From Candidatus Poribacteria bacterium (GTDB lineage Bacteria > Poribacteria > WGA-4E > PCPOR2b): a stretch of 64,000 bases of DNA. Each line of letters opens with the position of its first letter. The first letter of the stretch is position 1. Location: positions 1,536,001-1,600,000 of the forward strand of contig OZ240245.1 of NCBI GenBank assembly GCA_965198175.1, read 5' to 3'. Below are positions 57,120 through 64,000 of the stretch, piece by piece. The position numbers and the translations under genes are program-made. The notes beneath the pieces are model-generated. The model worked only from the letters and a program-made list of their open reading frames with translations. It did no database searches and was not told the DNA's origin.

Positions 57120-57149
57120 AAACTTATCTAAAAATCCTTGAGCTCATAC

Positions 57150-58166
57150 ATGCAAAAGTTGAAGGTTGGCGTGATTGGGTGCGGGTTCTTCGCGCAAAAT
57201 CACCTCGCAGTATGGGATGCAATCGAAGATGTTACGCTCGCCACGGTCTGCGATCAGCAGGAACATCGGGCAAACGCGGCGGCGGCGAAGTTCCACGCAA
57301 GAAAAGTCTACACCGATGCAGAGGAGATGGTTGCAAACGAACCGCTTGACTTCGTTGACATCGTTACAACGCCGCCGACGCACCGTCCGCTTGTAGAGCT
57401 GGCTGCCCGCTATGGACGACACGTCATCTGCCAAAAGCCAATGGCACCGTCGTTGGAAGATGCCAACGCGATGGTCAATGTGTGCCAATCTGCAGGCGTC
57501 GCCTTTATGGTCCACGAGAATATCCGATGGCAAGGCATCATTCAGCGTGCAAAACAGATCGTCAATTCCGGAGAAATAGGCGACCCATTCTTCGCGCAAG
57601 TGTCATTCCGTACGGGCTACAATGTCTACCCCAATCAGCCTTATCTCGCCACTGAGGAACGGATGGTTCTTTACGATATGGGGGTCCATATGTTCGATCT
57701 CGTACGGTTCTTCATGGGAGAAGTCACCAGCCTGTCAGCACAAATCCATCGAATCAACGCGAATATCCGCGGCGAAGATGTTGCCATCGCCCTGCTGCGA
57801 CACGCGCACAGCACGAGCATTGCGAATATGCACTATGTCTCAGCCGTAGAGCACGATGACTTTATACATATTCCGGTGCGAATCGAAGGCGATCGCGGGT
57901 CACTCGAGATTCGACGCGATTATCAACTCAACGTCGTGTCGAGCAAGCAACTTTCTCGCCACCATGTCCCGCCAGCCCAATATCCGTGGGGCAGCCCGTT
58001 GGGCGGGGCACTTGTCGAAAGTGTCATGAATACCCAGAAGCACTGGGTGGACTGTCTACACCGCGGCGTGGAGCCATGTACATCCGGCGCCGATAACTTG
58101 AAAACGCTCGAACTCGTATTTGGCGGATACGAATCGGCAAGCCAAAACAAGATTTATCATTTCTAA
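57150..58166 (+). CDS. Gfo/Idh/MocA family oxidoreductase
   Basis: GVIGCGFFA, VICQKPMA, DMGVHMFD. Confidence 0.9.
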   Translation: MQKLKVGVIGCGFFAQNHLAVWDAIEDVTLATVCDQQEHRANAAAAKFHARKVYTDAEEMVANEPLDFVDIVTTPPTHRPLVELAARYGRHVICQKPMAPSLEDANAMVNVCQSAGVAFMVHENIRWQGIIQRAKQIVNSGEIGDPFFAQVSFRTGYNVYPNQPYLATEERMVLYDMGVHMFDLVRFFMGEVTSLSAQIHRINANIRGEDVAIALLRHAHSTSIANMHYVSAVEHDDFIHIPVRIEGDRGSLEIRRDYQLNVVSSKQLSRHHVPPAQYPWGSPLGGALVESVMNTQKHWVDCLHRGVEPCTSGADNLKTLELVFGGYESASQNKIYHF

Positions 58167-58185
58167 GTGTTGAGGTACATTCTCT

Positions 58186-59781
58186 ATGTGCAAATATGGC
58201 ATCAAACCGTATCGAAATTTTTTTGTCGCTGCAATGCTCTGGGTTCTCGCCCTATCAATATGCGCCGACGGTGCTACACCAACGATCGGAGGCACACTGA
58301 TTTTTGGGCGCGGAGGGGATTCCATCGGGCTGGACCCAGCTCATGAAGAAGATGGAGAATCTTTCAAGGTGTGCGGCGTTATCTACGATACACTAATACA
58401 ATACAAGGATGAGAGCACCGAAGTCGAACCGGCGTTGGCGGAATCGTGGGAATCCTCGGCGGATGGGCTGACCTGGACCTTCCATCTCCGCGATGGCGTC
58501 AAGTTTCATGATGGAACACCATTGGACGCCGAGGCTGTGCTCTTTTCGCTTAACCGACAGCACGACCCCAACCACCCCTTCCACCACGTCGGAGGCCCCT
58601 ACATCTACTGGTCTGACACCGGACTGGCTGAAATCGTAGATAAAATCACGGCTCTAGATGCCTACACCGTCCAGATTACACTGAAACGCTCGTACGCGCC
58701 CTTTATTTACACCATCGCGATGACGCCCTTTTCGATTGTCAGTCCAACCGCGGCACGCAAATGGCGGGAGGATTTTACGAATCATCCCGCCGGCACTGGA
58801 CCGTTCAATTTCGTGCGTTGGGATCGCGGCGATAAGGTTGTCCTTGAGGTGAACCGCGGCTATTGGGGCGGGCGCCCACCCCTTGATCGAATTATCTTCC
58901 GATCAATCCCTGACAATTCGGTGCGACTCATTGAGCTACAGAACGGGAGTATCCACGCAATGGAGTTTCCAAACCCCGATGACCTCCCCCATATCCGCGA
59001 GGATACACAACTGCAAATCATTGAGCAGCCCGGCATGAACGTCGGCTACCTCGCAATGAATATGGATAAAAAGCCGTTCGATAATCTCAAAGTTCGCCGC
59101 GCCATCAATCATGCCATTAACAAACACGAAATCATCACGCAATTGTATCAAGGGATGGGAATTCCCGCCAAAAACCCTATCCCGCCGACGATGTGGAGTT
59201 ACGATGACTCAATTGAGGAATATATGTATGAGCCTGAAAAGGCAAAACAGTTGCTCCAAGAAGCGGGTTATCCGGACGGTTTCGAGACAACACTCTGGGC
59301 GTTGCCGGTGCCACGACCGTACATCCCCGCCGGACAAATTCTCGCGGTCGCTATTCAATCGGATCTGCGTCGCGTCGGAATCAAAGCAAAGATTGTGACC
59401 TTCGACTGGGGGACGTATCTGGAGAAAACCAAAAACGGAGAGCACGATATGGCGATGCTAGGGTGGTCTGCCGACATCGGCGATCCGGACAACTTCTTCT
59501 ACTACCTTTTGAGCAAGGAAGCTGCCCAAAAACCTGCGGGCAATATCTCCTTCTATCGCAGCGATGAAATGCAGGAAATACTCGTCCAAGCACAGTCAGC
59601 CACCAATCAAGCGAAACGGGTTGAACTTTACAAAAAAGCTCAGCGAATCTTTCACCGAGACATCCCTTGGGTTCCACTCGCACACGCCAAGCAGATGGTA
59701 ATCATCAACAAACAACTCAAGAACCTCAAGCTACACCCGACGACGTGGAAATATTTCCGGCAGATCTGGCTTGAGCAGTGA
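58186..59781 (+). CDS. ABC transporter substrate-binding protein, family 5 (DppA-like)
   Basis: PALAESWE...TWTFHLRDGVKFHDG, GTGPF, VRRAINHAINK, PVPRPYIP, GWSADIGDPDNF. Confidence 0.92.
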   Translation: MCKYGIKPYRNFFVAAMLWVLALSICADGATPTIGGTLIFGRGGDSIGLDPAHEEDGESFKVCGVIYDTLIQYKDESTEVEPALAESWESSADGLTWTFHLRDGVKFHDGTPLDAEAVLFSLNRQHDPNHPFHHVGGPYIYWSDTGLAEIVDKITALDAYTVQITLKRSYAPFIYTIAMTPFSIVSPTAARKWREDFTNHPAGTGPFNFVRWDRGDKVVLEVNRGYWGGRPPLDRIIFRSIPDNSVRLIELQNGSIHAMEFPNPDDLPHIREDTQLQIIEQPGMNVGYLAMNMDKKPFDNLKVRRAINHAINKHEIITQLYQGMGIPAKNPIPPTMWSYDDSIEEYMYEPEKAKQLLQEAGYPDGFETTLWALPVPRPYIPAGQILAVAIQSDLRRVGIKAKIVTFDWGTYLEKTKNGEHDMAMLGWSADIGDPDNFFYYLLSKEAAQKPAGNISFYRSDEMQEILVQAQSATNQAKRVELYKKAQRIFHRDIPWVPLAHAKQMVIINKQLKNLKLHPTTWKYFRQIWLEQ

Positions 59782-60145
59782 AGCGGAAACCGTTCAAAGT
59801 TCATCTCGTTTGATCCAACACGCAATGGACATGTCACAATTTAGTGGTGTTGATTGGGTGACCGGTTAATAGTAAATCCACATCAAGGAGGGTAAAGGGA
59901 ATCTCTTTCAACAATACCGCCTTGTGGATAGATACCGTGAAACCCAACACCGATTCGAGATTTGGAAGACCTCAAGCAGAATCCAACCCTGCAACCCAAG
60001 TCTAATGCTCGGCATTTCTCATCGGTTCCGTTCAACCCAACCTCCGCTTAACTGAAGTGACATACTTCATCCTCGCTTTTGGCTAGTCAGTTGGACGTCA
60101 TTTTTAGTTAGCTCCTCGCCCAGACATGAGGTAACATTATACCCG

Positions 60146-60592
60146 ATGAAAACGCAACTATGTCGCCTCGTCCTGTGTTCGACGGCGATGTATTTCATCT
60201 GCCTGAACCTACCAGTTCTCCCGGCGTCGCCGGGTATCGAAACACATCTGTGTGGCTTTTCCGAGCAGCAGACAATCAACCGTCGATATGCCCGTACCTT
60301 TGCGAATCTGGAAGTTGGTGTGCCACGCACAGTGCGGTTAGTCTACTTGCTGCCTGTCGACCGCCCACCGAGGGGTGGCATTGGGGAGAAAATGGACGCC
60401 TTGATTAGAGATGTCCGCGAGTTTTACGCGGACCAGATGGAAAATCACGGCTTTGGCAGAAAGTCCTTCAGTACGGAGGATTCAAGGCGGTTGCACGTGC
60501 GGGCGATGATGGAGATAATCCCATCACCGGAGGTCAGTCGTTTATCATGGTCGCGCAGTCCGACTCAAAACGCTCAACACGGTATGGAATAG
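60146..60592 (+). pseudogene. truncated paralog of the 61398 metallopeptidase gene
   Basis: MKTQL..THLCG..RRYARTFANLEVGVPRTVRLVYLLP..FYADQMENHGFG aligns with the N-terminus of the 61398 ORF, then diverges before HExxH. Confidence 0.75.
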
Positions 60593-60602
60593 CGAACTGG
60601 CT

Positions 60603-60832
60603 GGCGGGGCAAGGAAGATCGCTATCGCACTCACTATCCGTTCGCTTGATCCCCCGCCTACGGAATGGCGACAATGGCGTAGGCGGGGATCAAGCAAATG
60701 AATAACGTGTGCGATAGAGATTCTTCCTGATCCGCCCAATGCGCCACGCCCTGTAGCCGCATCGCGCTACACTCCGTAGGCGGGGATCAAGCGAACGGAT
60801 AGTGAGCGCGATAGTGATCCGCTTGCCCCGCC
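60603..60832. repeat. cluster of three GTAG-type REP elements (60603-60661 inverted, 60679-60737, 60776-60832)
   Basis: GTAGGCGGGGATCAAGC...GCGATAG...TTGCCCCGCC palindromes. Confidence 0.85.
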
Positions 60833-60864
60833 TTGTGCCGACACATAATTCAAAGGCAATAACC

Positions 60865-61290
60865 GTGAACCCGATTCCAAAACGCAGAAACCATCAATTA
60901 CGATAGGGACGACACACGATATCCGGTACATACTACTTTTTAACGACTGTCACATTCAAACGACGACGTATACTCTCAAGCTCTCACGTCGCACAAATCA
61001 TTTTCGATGCCTTGCAATGGCTTGAAAACGAAGACCGCATCAGGTGGATATGTATCATGATAATGCCTGACCATATTCATGCGATTATCCAACTGCGTTG
61101 CAATCAAACGCTAGCAAGCGTCATGCATTCTCTCAAGAGTTTCACAGCGAGGGAGATTAACGTGTGCGATAGAAATCTCCCTTCCCCCATCCACAGCTCC
61201 ACACTTTGTAGGCGGGGCATCTTGCCCCGCCACACGGCAGACGGTCATCGCCGCGTACCAAAAAGTGTTGACTTACAACCCGAATTTTAG
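60865..61290 (+). mobile_element. REP-associated tyrosine transposase (RAYT/TnpAREP), pseudogenised
   Basis: LR*GR (in-frame TAG 60904-60906), YFLTTVT, MPDHIH HUH motif, LKSFTAREIN; C-terminal catalytic-Tyr half missing. Confidence 0.85.
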
Positions 61291-61332
61291 GACAATAGCC
61301 GCAGAGCACGTAGGCGGGCGATTCATCACCCA
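61208..61332 (+). repeat. short REPs GTAGGCGGGGCATCTTGCCCCGCC (61208-61231) and GTAGGCGGGCGATTCATCACCCA (61310-61332)
   Basis: GTAG tetranucleotide followed by a GC-rich palindrome, on the 3' side of RAYT. Confidence 0.8.
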
Positions 61333-61397
61333 TTGTCTTAATGCGCTCAATGAATGGCACAACTGACTTACCTTAACCGTAAGGAGGTCCCACACTC

Positions 61398-64000
61398 ATG
61401 AAAAGCCAACTTTATCGTATCACGTTGTATTCCATACTAACCTATTTCGCCCTATCCGCACCCAACTCAGCCGGTGCCGCCTCCCAACAATCCGGGAGGA
61501 ACGGGACACACTTTTGCGGTGTTATTGATAATCAATGGAACAAACGGTATTCCGACCAATTTCCCAGCCGTCGCTTTGCCCGATCCTTTGCGCCGAATCT
61601 GAACGTCGGTGAACCCCGCACGGTGCGAATGATCTACTTTCTGCCCAATGACTGGCAATACCGCGCCGACGTGGTTCAGAAGATGAAAGATGATATTCGC
61701 ACCACTCAGACCTTCTATGCCGAACAGATGGGTGTGCACGGTTACGGGGAAGTCCCCTTCCGCATCGAAACCGATCCCCAAGGCAAGCCGCTGGTGCATC
61801 GCGTGGATGGGCAACACCCCTTTAGTTACTACGACAATACCCTTGGTAGCAAGGTGTTTTCCGAACTTCAAATGGAATTTGATTTTGGTGAAAACATCTA
61901 CTTCATCGTCCTTGGTACAGATGCGCTTCGTCAGGGTAATGGCCAGCCTGCGAGCGGTGTCGGGTACCGCCAATCGAAAAATGGTGGGATGTTCTTGGTT
62001 CCTAATAAATTTTCTTGGGACTTAGTGGCACACGAACTGGGACACTCCTTCGGATTAAATCACGATTTCAGGGATGGTGCACACATCATGTCGTATGGTC
62101 CAGGATGGAATCGGTTATCTGTGTGTGCTGCCGAATTCCTGTCTGTGCATTCCTACTTCAATCCTGATACTCCAATTGAAGAGGAGCAGCCACCCACCAT
62201 CGAACTCATTTCAGCGCAAACCTATCCGCCGGGTTCAATGAGTGTCCCGGTTCGAGTCCAAGTCAACGATTCAGACGGGCTTCACCAAGTGCTCTTACAC
62301 GCGGTTGGTGCGCTGCAGCAGTGTCACAAATTAACGGGTGAAAAAGATGCCATCGTTGAATTTGACTATGACGGTGGTTTTGCACTTAGGGGATTTACGA
62401 GTTTTTCTAGCGCTGTTACACATGGGATTCGTGTTGATATCGTTGATACAGATGGGAATGTGAGTGATACGTCTTTTTTTAATTGCGGAAGAGTCGCCGC
62501 ACCACACCGGCACGCTTGAAGGGCATACAGCTCGGGTCAGTTCTGTATCGTTTTCGCTCGATGGAACACTCGCTTCCGGCTCACGAGATGGCACGGTCAA
62601 GCTATGGGACGTGGGGGCAATACAGAATATCGCCACCCTAATGCATGGGGATTGGGTTGAAGCGGTATCGTTTTCACCCGATGGGACAACTCTTGCCTCG
62701 GGGGGGAATCGTGGAACGCTCAAGCTTTGGGACGTGACGACGCAACAAGAGATCACTACCCTTGAAGGGCATAACAATTGGGTCAATTCTGTATCGTTTT
62801 CACCCGATGGGCGAACTCTCGCGTCCGGGGCGGGAGGTTACACCGCTTCCGGCGAGGCAGTGAAAAGCATGGTCAAACTGTGGGATGTAACAACAGGAGT
62901 GGAATTCGCTACCCTATTGCATGAGGGTTTTGTTACGGCGGTGTCGTTTTCCGACACGGGGATGCTGGCTTCCGGGTCGGGGGATGGTACGGTCAAACTG
63001 TGGGACGTTACGTCGCAACAAAATATAGCCACCCTCCCGCGTGAGAATATTATCCATTCCGTGCCGTTTTATCCCGATATCCTATCCGTGTCGTTTTCAC
63101 CCGACGGAACGATCCTTGCCTCCGGGGGAAGGGCTGGAATTGAGTTGTGGGACGTGGCGACAAGACAAAATATCGGCACCCTGACGCATGGGGGTACTGT
63201 CTCTTCCGTGTCATTTTTCGACGAGGAAACTCTCGCGTCTGGAGGGGGGGATAGAACGGTCAAGCTGTGGGACATGACGACGAGAGCAAGTTTTGCTACC
63301 TTCCCGCATACGAGTGTCATCGATTCTGTATCGTTTTCACCTGAAGGGGGGACCCTTGCCTCCGGGACGTCGGGGGGCACGGTCGAACTGTGGGATATGT
63401 CTGGGTTGATGGGGGTTCGTCTTGAGGCCTTGGCTGAGGTTGATATCCCCGACCCTAACCTTCGCGCTGCGATTGTGGAAGCGATTGGGTTGCCACCGAG
63501 TACCCCCATTGTCCGGGGACACTTAGAAAATTTGACCGACCTTGAAGCAAACAACGCCAATATAAGCGATTTGACCGGGCTTGAAGCTGCAACCAAACTG
63601 AGGTCGCTGCTTCTTGAGAAAAACAACATCTCGGATTTCTCAGCGATTGCGGGGTTGACTAATCTGAAAAGACTGGGTCTTGGGAGTAACTCGATATCGG
63701 ATATCTCAGCGATTGCGGGTTTAACCAATTTGACAAACCTGACTCTTTGGGACAACAACATATCAGATATCTCAGCGGTTGCGGGGTTGACTAATCTGAA
63801 AAAACTGGGTCTTCGGAGTAACTCGATATCGGACATTTCGGCGGTATCGGGTTTGACTAACCTGCAGACGCTGAATCTTGGGGGTAACTCAGTATCGGAC
63901 ATCTCGGCGGTATCGGGTTTGACTAACCTGCAGACGCTGAATCTTGGGGGTAACAACGTATCGGACGTCTCAGCGGTGGTGAGATTGACACAACTGACAC
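61398..64000 (+). CDS. secreted metzincin metallopeptidase-WD40(x7)-LRR multidomain protein; +1 frameshift at T7 62474-62480; runs off the window
   Basis: AAGGAGG RBS, signal peptide, HELGHSFGLNH and Met-turn IMSY; the +1 frame reads EGHTARVSSVSFS..LASG..DGTVKLWD repeats, then IPDPNLRAAI and internalin-like LRRs. Confidence 0.85.

Noticed and set aside
59938..60046. GAAACCCAAC...TCAACCCAACCT fragments resembling another REP family
   Set aside because: Too degenerate, and no intact copy in the window to support it.
60603..61332. Possible CRISPR array
   Set aside because: Repeats vary in length and orientation, have no regular unique spacers and no cas genes; they fit GTAG REPs beside a RAYT.
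62331..63956. Minus-strand repetitive ORFs (62331-62786, 62838-63032, 63069-63956)
   Set aside because: Antisense shadows of the plus-strand WD40/LRR frame.

Overview
Bacterial chromosome segment, almost certainly Candidatus Poribacteria: the 16S rRNA contains what I recall as the POR389/POR1130 Poribacteria-specific primer sites, and the window has the typical LamG and WD40/LRR protein expansions. 1-29.4 kb is mostly housekeeping: argF, sod, ilvBNC under a complete Val-specific T-box riboswitch, ogg, degP, pilD, tRNA-Pro, hom-lysC and yceD-rpmF-fabH-fabD-fabG-acpP-fabF. 29.7-40.9 kb is an accessory locus. It has six secreted LamG (concanavalin-like) paralogs sharing a C-terminal 'AVSPxG(K/S)LAxxW(G/A)x(I/V/L)K' tail, arranged around a polytopic DUF6785-like transporter, a clan-A glycoside hydrolase and an atypical amidohydrolase. 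This candidate glycan-capture and sorting system is the most novel-looking signal. Next come folK and a full rRNA operon on the minus strand (16S-tRNAIle-tRNAAla-23S-5S). The rest is a decaying accessory region: an internally deleted IS5, a GATase pseudogene, a PRTase-DprA pair resembling ShosTA-type anti-phage modules, a broken RAYT transposase amid GTAG REPs, and a frameshifted metzincin-WD40-LRR gene running off the end. All calls are from motif recognition by eye; no database search was run.
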